From NCBI GenBank assembly GCA_963648925.1, contig CAVJFO010000036.1:1681-65680 (forward strand): DNA of 64,000 bases. The letters are read 5' to 3'. This DNA comes from Hallerella sp. GTDB taxonomy: Bacteria > Bacillota_I > Bacilli_A > RFN20 > CAG-826. Below the pieces are notes generated by a model. That model had not been told where the DNA came from, searched no databases, and saw only the letters and a list, made by a program, of their open reading frames with translations. Numbering within the stretch: position 1 is the stretch's first letter; every line of letters begins with the position of its first letter. The position numbers were made by a program, and so were the translations under genes. Positions 35,779 through 44,220 of this stretch are shown one piece after another.

Positions 35779-37671
35779 TTATTCAGCGTCGCCAGTTGAA
35801 GAAGCACCAAACGTGAAGTCATTTGTGGTTGTTCCGACTTCGCTGATGGTGACCTTAACTGCAACATATTGGTTGTTTTGTGTGACACCAAAGTTGATTG
35901 GGAGATAACCAGTTACAAATACGCTAACTTCGTTTGTTGCTGTATCAACTGTGAAGTAGTCATAGCTCAAGCCAAGGGTAAGAGCATGTGTAGCGGTGCC
36001 CCAATCAGCAGCTTCAGTCCAAGCGGTTCCGAAGCATGAATCGTCTGAGAACCAGGAGAATCCGTTCATGTCTAATAACTTGCCAAAGAGTTCGTTATAG
36101 ATTTCATCTGTGCCATTGCTATCGCCAACGTTGCCGTCAAATGTTGTGGCTGTACCAGATGTCTTCTTGCTGCTCCAGATTGTTCCATTAGCAACTTCTT
36201 CAGTGATACCAGAGGCTTTCATGTTATCAGTTAATCCTGATTCATAAGCGGTTTTGCCTTCAACTTTCTTTGTTGGAGCGGCCATGCTAGAAGTCGTGGA
36301 ATCGTATTGAGAGATGTATGTGTCTGTGCCATCATCGAAAATAGCGAATTCGCCACTGAATGAATAATCATCGGCGACAACATAATTACCATCGTCATCT
36401 TGAGAAAGCTTTTTGGTTTCAGCAATGCTAATGACACCATTAGAAGTATAGGTTGTTGTAAATCTGATAGATGGGGTACCTGTCCATAATGTCATTGTAT
36501 CGGTTGTCCAAGTATCACCCTCGGCTGGTGTGTATGCTTCGCCTTTAGAAGTTGCAGAATAGATTTCTGTTGTTAAGGTGAAGTTGTTTGTTTCAGCTAA
36601 TTTTCCGAAAACTGTGCCAATTTCAGGTGCTTCAACCTTTGTTGGAAGATATTTTGCATCGGTAATTGCTTCTTCCATTACGTCTAAGGAACTTGTTCCA
36701 ATACCACAAAGGGCAATAGCAGTCCATAAACCGATTTGCGTTCCGTTTGAAACTAATAAATCGAAAACTGCCATATCATTAACGCCGTCACCATCGGTAT
36801 CAGCAACGCCTTCATAGATAGCGCCTGCATAGGAATAGCCATAGTTTTCTGGGAAGTTAGAAATACCGTAGTTTAAGATGTTGGCTTCGAAAGTTTCGCC
36901 AAGCATCAAGTATTCGCCAGAGGCTGATTCTTCGTATGTTGCATCAGTTGCGTCTAATGATAAGTCACCAGTGATGTAGTAGTTGCTCCAGCTAGCATAG
37001 CCAGGTTCAAATGTAGGAACGACATTGTCGTTTGTTCCTTGAAGAGTTCCCCAATATGCGTGTCCATCGGATAATTTGGCAAGAAGGGTAGAGTTTGGAT
37101 TGCCTTCCTTGTCAACTGATGTTGGGTCTTCTTCATCAAAAATAGCGATGTAGTTTGGATTGTGGATAACTGTTTCTCCGCCGTAAGCTAAGCTGCCGCT
37201 GTCATCCCAATCGCAAATTTTGAGAGTATAGTTATTTGGAGTTTCGGATAATGGAGCGAGGAAATCAATTAATTCCTTATGATCTTCAGAAACCGCAGTA
37301 AGAGTCTTTCTTGCTTTAACAGAACCGGCAGTGATGGTTAAAGTGTATGAACCATGAGAAAGAGGCGTGACTGTATGTCCAGAGATGGAAACATCGTCGC
37401 TTGTGCAAGTAACCTCGTAATTATGATCTTTTGAAGAATCGTCATAAATGATTGTGATGTAATCGTCTAAGTTGACTTCTGTCCCTTCAACAACATAGCC
37501 GATTTCTTCGCTGCTGATTCTTGTAGCAGTTTTAGCGGATGATTGGTCTGAAGATGACGTAGCTTCAGATGAGCCTGCGTCGGAAGAATTTGTTTCTCCG
37601 CATGATGCTAAGCCCATGACCAACGCACCAGCGCTTAGAATTGTGAGTAATTTAATCTTTTTATTTTTCAT
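35779..37671 (-). CDS. surface lipoprotein of unknown function (Ig-like segment plus DxDxDG motif), first gene of the opp operon
   Basis: MKNKKIKLLTILSAGALVMGLASC lipobox. The segment ...VTCTSDDVSISGHTVTPLSHGSYTLTITAG... looks like a Big_2-type fold. DTDGDGVNDM is a Ca-binding-like motif. AAGGAGG SD upstream. Confidence 0.6.
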   Translation of the reverse strand: MKNKKIKLLTILSAGALVMGLASCGETNSSDAGSSEATSSSDQSSAKTATRISSEEIGYVVEGTEVNLDDYITIIYDDSSKDHNYEVTCTSDDVSISGHTVTPLSHGSYTLTITAGSVKARKTLTAVSEDHKELIDFLAPLSETPNNYTLKICDWDDSGSLAYGGETVIHNPNYIAIFDEEDPTSVDKEGNPNSTLLAKLSDGHAYWGTLQGTNDNVVPTFEPGYASWSNYYITGDLSLDATDATYEESASGEYLMLGETFEANILNYGISNFPENYGYSYAGAIYEGVADTDGDGVNDMAVFDLLVSNGTQIGLWTAIALCGIGTSSLDVMEEAITDAKYLPTKVEAPEIGTVFGKLAETNNFTLTTEIYSATSKGEAYTPAEGDTWTTDTMTLWTGTPSIRFTTTYTSNGVISIAETKKLSQDDDGNYVVADDYSFSGEFAIFDDGTDTYISQYDSTTSSMAAPTKKVEGKTAYESGLTDNMKASGITEEVANGTIWSSKKTSGTATTFDGNVGDSNGTDEIYNELFGKLLDMNGFSWFSDDSCFGTAWTEAADWGTATHALTLGLSYDYFTVDTATNEVSVFVTGYLPINFGVTQNNQYVAVKVTISEVGTTTNDFTFGASSTGDAE

Positions 37672-37915
37672 AAAAATAGTGACCCTCCTTTAATAAGTCA
37701 CGTGTAAACATACACCAAAGGCAAATAATTTCAATGATTATTTTTACAAATTTACGATTTGTATACTTCCCATCGCAACTTTGGAAACTTTCATCGAATA
37801 GAATGTTTGATTGAATTAGTCACTCAAAAGCATTTATGAAAAGAAAAATTTTCCTTTTCTTGAAGAAAAGAAGCAAGACTAGTAATATTATCGTTGTTAA
37901 TTCGAGGTAACCATT

Positions 37916-38398
37916 ATGAAAAAGAACTCAATATTACCGGGAATATTAGGAATCGTCACTGTAATTGCCATTGCATGTGCCCTTCTCTTCCCATTAGGAC
38001 CTGGCTTAGTGGCCAATGATGCATTTGCTGAAGCTGCAAGAGGATACGATTTTGTATTCGGAAACGAAGCTCTTCAACTAAATGATCCACATGGCGCGAT
38101 GATTGCTTGGTTTGTTTTATTGCTTATCGCTGCATTCTTTGGCGTCATTGCTTCTATCACTGGATTCTTTGGTGGCAAGGTTGGAGCATTCCTTTCATTC
38201 CTTACTGGTCTTATTTGCTTAGCTTGCGCCATCCTTTTCTTCCTTTCTCCAATCATGGTCGGAACTGGCTGGGCTGGTACATTAGGCACAAGCGCATCTT
38301 TAGGATGGGGGTATTTAGCAGCTGGCATTTCTTCTGCTGTCGCAGCCTTATGTGGCTTATTTGTTGGTGGCAAAGGCTTATTTAGCAAAGCAGCCTAA
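37916..38398 (+). CDS. hypothetical small membrane protein (4 TM, Gly/Ala-rich)
   Basis: 160-aa ORF, GAGGT SD upstream, followed by a strong terminator. Confidence 0.6.
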   Translation: MKKNSILPGILGIVTVIAIACALLFPLGPGLVANDAFAEAARGYDFVFGNEALQLNDPHGAMIAWFVLLLIAAFFGVIASITGFFGGKVGAFLSFLTGLICLACAILFFLSPIMVGTGWAGTLGTSASLGWGYLAAGISSAVAALCGLFVGGKGLFSKAA

Positions 38399-38426
38399 TA
38401 TCTATATATAATATATAAGATTAAGC

Positions 38427-38450
38427 AAGGCCCCAGAATGGGGCCTTTTC
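38427..38450 (+). terminator. rho-independent terminator
   Basis: aaggcccc-agaat-ggggcctt followed by ttc. Confidence 0.8.
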
Positions 38451-38456
38451 TCAATC

Positions 38457-39356
38457 ATGGAAACAATAGGAAGAAATATTCAATATTATCGAAAAAAGAA
38501 GGGGTTAACCGAGGATAATTTAGCTCGGTATCTTTCAGTATCTAAGGATTTAGTAATATCTTGGGAGAACGACGAACGAGAACCTTCTAAAGAAATCCTT
38601 GAGAAACTTTCTTCTCTTTTGAAAATAAACATTGAGGAACTAACTGAGATAAACGTTACAAAAAAAGAAAAAGCCATTCCTGTTTATTCTTACGAAAGTA
38701 AGGGAAAGTATTTAGGGCAATGCGCTAGATGTGGTAAAAGCATTTACTCAAATCTTCATTTCGGAATGGGGAAAATCCTTGTTAGCAAAAGAGGGGCTAA
38801 GAAGTTTTCTTTTGATCCAAACGATAATAACGGAGATACGTATTTTTGCGCGGATTGTTGTAAACAAATAGTCAATTTGCAAAACCAAGAAAAAGCAAAT
38901 GAGTATGAAAAAGAAAAAATAAGAATCAAAAAAGTTGGAGGGTTTGCCCTTTTCTTTGGCTTTTTAACTATGTGTTTAACTGTGGCTGGGGCTCTTGTTA
39001 TTTATTTCTTGCTACATAATCTCCTGCTTACTTACCTTGTCGGTTTTTCTTCCTTGCTTACTTCATATTGTGTTTTCTCTTTCCTTTATACCTTCTTATT
39101 GAAGAAAAACTGGTTACACGACCTTATTTGTTCATATTGCAAATCATCTTATGTCGTTTTATTTAAGAAAATCTCTGAAAATGATGCCCAGGATGTTTTA
39201 AAAACGGGCTTTGTTAAAGCGTCTGTTATGGCTTTTATTTATGTTGTATCTTCTTTGATTCTCATTGTTTTAGTTCTTGTTTTAGCAATTGTTTCAATGT
39301 TTGTTTGGCCTAAAGCTAAGAAAGCGGCGTTAACCGCTTTAGAGGAAATGCAATAA
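38457..39356 (+). CDS. membrane-anchored XRE-family HTH regulator with a central zinc-ribbon-like CxxC...CxxCC module
   Basis: N-terminus IQYYRKKKGLTEDNLARYLSVSKDLVISWENDEREPSKEILEKLSSLLKINIEEL is an HTH_XRE domain. Then CARCGK...CADCCK. The C-terminal half has about 4 TM. Confidence 0.7.
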   Translation: METIGRNIQYYRKKKGLTEDNLARYLSVSKDLVISWENDEREPSKEILEKLSSLLKINIEELTEINVTKKEKAIPVYSYESKGKYLGQCARCGKSIYSNLHFGMGKILVSKRGAKKFSFDPNDNNGDTYFCADCCKQIVNLQNQEKANEYEKEKIRIKKVGGFALFFGFLTMCLTVAGALVIYFLLHNLLLTYLVGFSSLLTSYCVFSFLYTFLLKKNWLHDLICSYCKSSYVVLFKKISENDAQDVLKTGFVKASVMAFIYVVSSLILIVLVLVLAIVSMFVWPKAKKAALTALEEMQ

Positions 39357-39357
39357 G

Positions 39358-39831
39358 ATGGCAAAGACTATCAAAACTAATGTCATGAGATTATTAGATG
39401 AAGCCGGTATTGAATATAGCGCCCATCAGTATGATGAAAATATTGTTGATGGAATGAAAGTGGCCGAATCCCTTCAAGAGAATCCAGAATGTGTCTTTAA
39501 AAGCCTTGTCGTTGAGAACGAGAAACACGAGCATTTCATCTTTGAAGTTCCAGTTAATTCAACTTTAAATCTAAAGAAAGCTGCAAAAGCCGCATCCTCT
39601 AAATCGATTGAAATGATCCCTCAAAAACAATTATTGCCTTTAACTGGCTATGTGCATGGAGGATGTTCTCCAATAGGACTAAAAAAGACTCTGCCAGTCT
39701 TTATTGATGAGACTGCTCAATTATTCGATAAGATTTATATCTCCGGTGGCAAAAGAGGCTTCCAAGTCTGCCTTTCCCCATTTGATTTAGCTAAATATAC
39801 AAAAGGAATATTTGTTGATATTCTTAATTAA
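39358..39831 (+). CDS. ybaK: Cys-tRNA(Pro)/Cys-tRNA(Cys) deacylase YbaK
   Basis: 157 aa. KTNVMRLLDEAGIEYSAHQYD..., ...TGYVHGGCSPIGLKK... are YbaK/EbsC hallmarks. Confidence 0.85.
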   Translation: MAKTIKTNVMRLLDEAGIEYSAHQYDENIVDGMKVAESLQENPECVFKSLVVENEKHEHFIFEVPVNSTLNLKKAAKAASSKSIEMIPQKQLLPLTGYVHGGCSPIGLKKTLPVFIDETAQLFDKIYISGGKRGFQVCLSPFDLAKYTKGIFVDILN

Positions 39832-39852
39832 TTTTTGTCCCTAATTCGATTT

Positions 39853-39887
39853 AGCCCCCTTTATATAAGTGAAGGGAGCTTTTTATT
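39853..39887 (+). terminator. rho-independent terminator after ybaK
   Basis: agccccctt...aagggagct stem (one mismatch) followed by ttttattt. Confidence 0.6.
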
Positions 39888-39888
39888 T

Positions 39889-40239
39889 ATGCTAAAAGCC
39901 ATTAAAGAAGAGAGGAAAAAGGAACTATTTGATTTTCTTAATTACCTGTTATCAACAGAACTATATCCATATGTCCATCAATCGAAGGGGCATTATCAAG
40001 CGACTAATTTACACAGAGAGATAGATAACCTATTAGACAATCTGTTTATTGAAAAAGAAAAAGGGGAGAGAAATTTCAACGCATTAGTTAAAGAGGCTTC
40101 AAAAGAAATATGCGGGCTTATAGACGATGATCTTTTTAATTATCTTGAAACTGTAACGGAAGGAAATTTCTATTTACTTAATTTCAATGTCTTTGAAAAT
40201 AAACTGAGTGCTAAAATCAAAAACATTTTGCGAGAATAA
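39889..40239 (+). CDS. hypothetical protein (116 aa, helical, no family recognised)
   Basis: The track ORF starts at 39835 inside the ybaK terminator. I start at M19 (MLKAIKEERKK). Confidence 0.45.
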   Translation: MLKAIKEERKKELFDFLNYLLSTELYPYVHQSKGHYQATNLHREIDNLLDNLFIEKEKGERNFNALVKEASKEICGLIDDDLFNYLETVTEGNFYLLNFNVFENKLSAKIKNILRE

Positions 40240-40286
40240 AAATAAAAATACTTTTTTCTTCGATGAATACTAGTACTTTAAAAAAA

Positions 40287-40313
40287 TTAGCACAAAAGTG
40301 TTGACAGTGCTAA
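40287..40313 (+). promoter_or_regulatory. CIRCE-like operator 1 (imperfect), overlapping the -35 of the hsp20 promoter
   Basis: TTAGCACaa-aagtgttga-caGTGCTAA. It contains TTGACA (40301-40306). Confidence 0.55.
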
Positions 40314-40328
40314 AGGAACGATTACAAT
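40301..40328 (+). promoter_or_regulatory. hsp20 promoter TTGACA-16-TACAAT
   Basis: TTGACA at 40301-40306, TACAAT at 40323-40328. Confidence 0.6.
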
Positions 40329-40332
40329 AGTG

Positions 40333-40359
40333 TTAGCACTTGAGAGAAAAGAGTGCTAA
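40333..40359 (+). promoter_or_regulatory. CIRCE operator 2 (near-consensus) in the hsp20 leader
   Basis: TTAGCACTt-gagagaaaa-GAGTGCTAA, directly downstream of the -10. Confidence 0.8.
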
Positions 40360-40381
40360 AGATAATCGGAGGATTAAAATT

Positions 40382-40807
40382 ATGATTAATGACTTAACAA
40401 ACTACAACGATGGAATACTTGATCCATTCTTTGATTTATTCGCACCAGCTTATAAGGAAAGCAAATATAGAAACATGCCAATGAGAACCGATATTAAGGA
40501 AGAAGAAAATGATTACAAACTTGATGTCGATCTTCCAGGGCTCAGCAAAGAAAACATCTCTGTTTCCTTTAAAGATGGTTATTTAAAGATCGAAGCACAT
40601 TCTTCCAACGAAAACAAAGAAGAAAAAGAAACCAAAGAGAAATATATCCGTAAAGAAAGATATTTCGTTTCTTCCAGCCGTTCCTATTATTTAGGCGAAG
40701 TTGATGAAAAGAATATCACTGCAAAATATGAAAACGGCGTCTTGAGCCTCTTTGTTCCAAAAGCAAAGCCAGTTGTTGAAGCCGAAACAAAAATTGCCAT
40801 TCTTTAA
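40382..40807 (+). CDS. Hsp20/alpha-crystallin family small heat-shock protein
   Basis: Start moved to MINDLTNY (GGAGG at 40368-40372), because the track's TTG start lies inside CIRCE. The alpha-crystallin core is DIKEEENDYKLDVDLPGLSKENISVSFKDGYLKIEA...GVLSLFVPK. Confidence 0.85.
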   Translation: MINDLTNYNDGILDPFFDLFAPAYKESKYRNMPMRTDIKEEENDYKLDVDLPGLSKENISVSFKDGYLKIEAHSSNENKEEKETKEKYIRKERYFVSSSRSYYLGEVDEKNITAKYENGVLSLFVPKAKPVVEAETKIAIL

Positions 40808-40827
40808 TTATAAAGATATGAGTAAGG

Positions 40828-40860
40828 AAGCGAGTTTATGGGGCTCGCTTCTTTTCTTTT
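40828..40860 (+). terminator. rho-independent terminator of hsp20
   Basis: gaagcgag-tttatgggg-ctcgcttc followed by ttttctttt. Confidence 0.8.
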
Positions 40861-40880
40861 ACAAAGAATACAATTTTTTA

Positions 40881-40908
40881 TTGAAAAGCCTTCTTTAACT
40901 TATAAAAT
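40881..40908 (+). promoter_or_regulatory. nadK promoter TTGAAA-16-TAAAAT ending 6 nt before the ATG (probable leaderless mRNA)
   Basis: TTGAAA at 40881-40886, TAAAAT at 40903-40908, ATG at 40915. No SD. Confidence 0.45.
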
Positions 40909-40914
40909 TAAGTC

Positions 40915-41691
40915 ATGAGATACGCTATATATAAGAGAGATGATGATTTTTCTAAAAAGATGGCAGAAGAGATTAAAGATTTTTTGAACTCTGATCCTTT
41001 TTTCTCTTTTGATCAAGACAATCCTGATCTAGTCATAGTTATCGGTGGAGACGGAACATTTCTTGGCGCCTTCCACGCTTGCGAAAATGATTTTAAAAAT
41101 AAAACATTTTTGGCGTTTAATACGGGAACTATCGGCTATTACAATGAATTTGATGTTCATGATTACAAGAAAATTTTAACTTCAATAAAAGAAGGTACCC
41201 TTCCAACAAGAGACTTTTCTTTGCTTGAGTTTGAGGATGGGAAAAACAAACGTTATTGCGTTAATGAATTTATTATCAGCGGACTTATCCGTAACGTTGA
41301 ATATGATGTTTTTCTAGATAGCGAAAAGATCGAGCAATATTTTGGCATGGGCTTCATTGTTTCTTCCTCGACTGGATCGATGGGATATAACCGCTCAATT
41401 AATGGCTCAATCGTTGATATAGATAATGATGGGATGCAATTAACCGAGATTGCTCCTATCCGTTCTAAAGCATATTCACCTATCGGGTCACCTGTTGTTC
41501 TATCAAACAGAAGAACTTTAGTTTTTAAAGAAAAAAATAAACGATATGGCAAACTCTTAATTGATAACATGCTCGTAGAAGAGAGAATCGATGAAGAATT
41601 TTCCGTTCGCGTATCGAAAGATAAAATCAAAACTTACTCTCTAGAACGAGATCCATTCGTTGCTAGATTAAAGAAAACATTGGGTTTGTAA
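40915..41691 (+). CDS. nadK: NAD+ kinase
   Basis: DLVIVIGGDGTFLGAF (GGDG motif), 258 aa, NE...G and SSSTGSMGYNRS motifs. Confidence 0.85.
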   Translation: MRYAIYKRDDDFSKKMAEEIKDFLNSDPFFSFDQDNPDLVIVIGGDGTFLGAFHACENDFKNKTFLAFNTGTIGYYNEFDVHDYKKILTSIKEGTLPTRDFSLLEFEDGKNKRYCVNEFIISGLIRNVEYDVFLDSEKIEQYFGMGFIVSSSTGSMGYNRSINGSIVDIDNDGMQLTEIAPIRSKAYSPIGSPVVLSNRRTLVFKEKNKRYGKLLIDNMLVEERIDEEFSVRVSKDKIKTYSLERDPFVARLKKTLGL

Positions 41692-41700
41692 GGAGGAATT

Positions 41701-42543
41701 ATGTACAAAATAGCAAGAAAACGTGTTTTGAATCCGACAATAGTGGAGATGGATATTCTTTCTCCCGAAATTGCAAAGAAAGCCAAACCTGGAGAATTTA
41801 TTATTCTTAGAGTTGATGAAGACGGAGAGAGAATTCCTTTGACAATCGCTGGCGAAGATATTGAAAAAGGCACAGTTAAAATCATTTTCCAAGTCGTTGG
41901 ATCTACTACATATAAGCTTTCATTAAAAGAAGAAGGCGAATATATTCAAGATTTTGTCGGTCCATTAGGAAATCCAACAGAATTAGACGGATTAAAGAAA
42001 GTTTGTATTATTGGCGGCGGAGCAGGAAGTGCTATAGCTATGCCAATTGCTCAAGAATTGCATAGAAGAGGAGCCATCGTTCATTCGATCGTTGGCTTTA
42101 GAAATAAGGATTTATTAATTCTTGAAGACGAATTCAAGGCTTGCTCTGATTTATTCAAAATCATGACTGATGATGGAAGCGCGGGCGAAAAAGGTTTGGT
42201 AACTAACGCTTTAGAAAATCTTTTAGCAGAAGGAAATGTCTATGATGAAGTTATTGCGATTGGCCCAATCGTAATGATGAAATTTGTTGCTTTGATGTGT
42301 AAAGAAAGAGGCATCAAAATCGTTGTTTCTATGAACCCAATTATGATTGATGGAACGGGAATGTGTGGTGGTTGTCGTCTTAAAGTTGGCGGAGAAACTA
42401 AATTTGCCTGTGTCGATGGCCCAGATTTTGATGGAGCGTTGGTTGATTTTGATGAGGCACGTTGCCGTGGTGGAATCTACCGCGAATGGGAAAGACATAA
42501 ATACGAAGAAACCTGCAATTTATTTAAGAAGGAGGCCAAATAA
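41701..42543 (+). CDS. nfnA: NfnA-type FAD/[2Fe-2S] subunit (sulfide dehydrogenase-like ferredoxin-NADP+ oxidoreductase subunit alpha)
   Basis: 280 aa. FNR-like PGEFIILRVDEDGERIPLTIA, GGGAGSAIAMPIA, and the C-terminal cluster MCGGCRLKVGGETKFACVDGP. Confidence 0.8.
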   Translation: MYKIARKRVLNPTIVEMDILSPEIAKKAKPGEFIILRVDEDGERIPLTIAGEDIEKGTVKIIFQVVGSTTYKLSLKEEGEYIQDFVGPLGNPTELDGLKKVCIIGGGAGSAIAMPIAQELHRRGAIVHSIVGFRNKDLLILEDEFKACSDLFKIMTDDGSAGEKGLVTNALENLLAEGNVYDEVIAIGPIVMMKFVALMCKERGIKIVVSMNPIMIDGTGMCGGCRLKVGGETKFACVDGPDFDGALVDFDEARCRGGIYREWERHKYEETCNLFKKEAK

Positions 42544-43992
42544 ATGCCAAATTACAAAGTAAACATGCGCACGGATAAAAATCCGATGCCTTCCCAAGAA
42601 GCCGAAGTTAGAGCTCATAATTTTAAAGAAGTAACAACTGGCTATACGCATGAAATGGCGCTTGATGAGGCCTTCCGTTGCTTAGATTGTCCTAAACCTG
42701 CTTGCGTTTCTGGTTGCCCAGTCCATATCGATATTCCTCGATTCATCGCCAAAGTTAGAGAAGACGATATCGAAGGGGCTAATAAAGTTTTGCTTGAAGC
42801 GTCATCTCTTTCTTCCATTTGTGGTCGTGTTTGTCCTCAAGAATCTCAATGTGAAAAGAATTGTTTAAGGGGAAAAATGCCAATCAGAGAAAAAGATGAA
42901 ACTGGCAAAATGGTTATCAAAGGATATGGCGAAGCAGTTGCTATCGGCAGACTTGAAAGATATGTTGCTGACTATGCCCGTGAGCATAATTTAGTTGAAT
43001 TCAAGGAAACCCCTAAAAACGGCCATAAAGTTGCGGTTGTTGGCTCTGGACCTTCTGGGCTAACATGCGCTGGAGACTTAGCAAAACTTGGATATGACGT
43101 AACTATTTTTGAAGCGTTGCATGTTGCAGGCGGTGTTTTGTCTTATGGCATCCCAGAATTCCGTCTCCCAAAAGATTTAGTTAAAAAGGAATGCGCTAAC
43201 CTAGAAAAGATGGGCGTTGAAATCAAAACCAATGAAGTTATCGGCAAAATCCATTCAATTGATGAATTAATGGATGATGGATATGAAGCGGTTTTTGTTG
43301 GATCTGGTGCAGGTCTACCACGTTTCATGGGCATTCCAGGCGAAGATCTTAATGGTGTTTTGTCTGCAAATGAATTCTTAACAAGAATCAATTTGATGAA
43401 AGCATACAAAGACGATTCTGATACACCAATAGTCCATGGTAAGAAAGTTGCTGTTATTGGTGGCGGAAACGTTGCGATGGACGCGGCTAGATCCGCTTTA
43501 AGACTTGGAGCTGAAAAAGTATATATCGTATATCGTCGTTCTTTAGAGGAGTTGCCCGCTCGTAAAGAAGAAGTAGAGCATGCAATGGAAGAAGGCATTG
43601 AATTTAAACTTTTAAACAATCCAATTGCCATCCTTGGCGATGATAAATTTAACGTTAAGGCCATGCGTTGCATCAAAATGGAATTAGGTGAACCTGATGC
43701 TTCGGGAAGAAGAAGACCTATTGCTGTTGCTGGAAGTGAGTTTGATTTAGACGTTGATGTTGTCATTCAATCAATCGGTACTTCGCCTAACCCACTTATC
43801 AAGAATACGACTAAAGGCCTTGAAACCAATTCCCATGGTTGCATCATCACCAAAGATGAAAGTGGTGAGACGACCAAAGAAGGCGTATTTGCTGGTGGGG
43901 ATGCAGTTACTGGTGCGGCTACCGTCATTCTTGCTATGGGTGCAGGAAAGAATGCTGCAGCTGCAATTGATAAGTATATAAAGAACAAATAA
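42544..43992 (+). CDS. nfnB: NfnB-type subunit (GltD-like NADPH-dependent oxidoreductase, homotetrameric glutamate-synthase-like)
   Basis: N-terminal Fe-S motifs (CLDCPKPACVSGCP, CGRVCPQESQCEKNC). Two Rossmann GxGxxG motifs (VVGSGPSGL, VIGGGNVAMD). 482 aa. Confidence 0.85.
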   Translation: MPNYKVNMRTDKNPMPSQEAEVRAHNFKEVTTGYTHEMALDEAFRCLDCPKPACVSGCPVHIDIPRFIAKVREDDIEGANKVLLEASSLSSICGRVCPQESQCEKNCLRGKMPIREKDETGKMVIKGYGEAVAIGRLERYVADYAREHNLVEFKETPKNGHKVAVVGSGPSGLTCAGDLAKLGYDVTIFEALHVAGGVLSYGIPEFRLPKDLVKKECANLEKMGVEIKTNEVIGKIHSIDELMDDGYEAVFVGSGAGLPRFMGIPGEDLNGVLSANEFLTRINLMKAYKDDSDTPIVHGKKVAVIGGGNVAMDAARSALRLGAEKVYIVYRRSLEELPARKEEVEHAMEEGIEFKLLNNPIAILGDDKFNVKAMRCIKMELGEPDASGRRRPIAVAGSEFDLDVDVVIQSIGTSPNPLIKNTTKGLETNSHGCIITKDESGETTKEGVFAGGDAVTGAATVILAMGAGKNAAAAIDKYIKNK

Positions 43993-44186
43993 TAAAGATT
44001 GAAAAATCCAAAAATACCCTGTAAAAGTCTCTTTTTTTGATTTTTAATTTATGAAATAAGCATTTTATATTTAAACGTTAATTGATTTTGACGGTAACTT
44101 ATGGTTTATTTTTAGCATTTTAGAAATATCTGATGCTTTCTAAACGTGGTTTTCGTTATCTTTTTTCACATTTTTAAAACTTAAAT

Positions 44187-44203
44187 TGTGAAAAAATTTC
44201 ACA
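44187..44203. repeat. perfect 17-bp palindrome TGTGAAAAAATTTCACA
   Basis: Read directly from the sequence. Lies in the convergent spacer between nfnB and the M24 peptidase gene. Confidence 0.9.
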
Positions 44204-44220
44204 TTCATGAAAAATATAAT

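Noticed and set aside
37840-37880. Alternative hairpins gaaaag...cttttc...gaaaag upstream of the 37916 membrane protein gene (attenuator-like)
   Set aside because: These are low-complexity A/T/G stems of only 6 bp. There is no leader peptide or T-tract logic, so this is probably chance.
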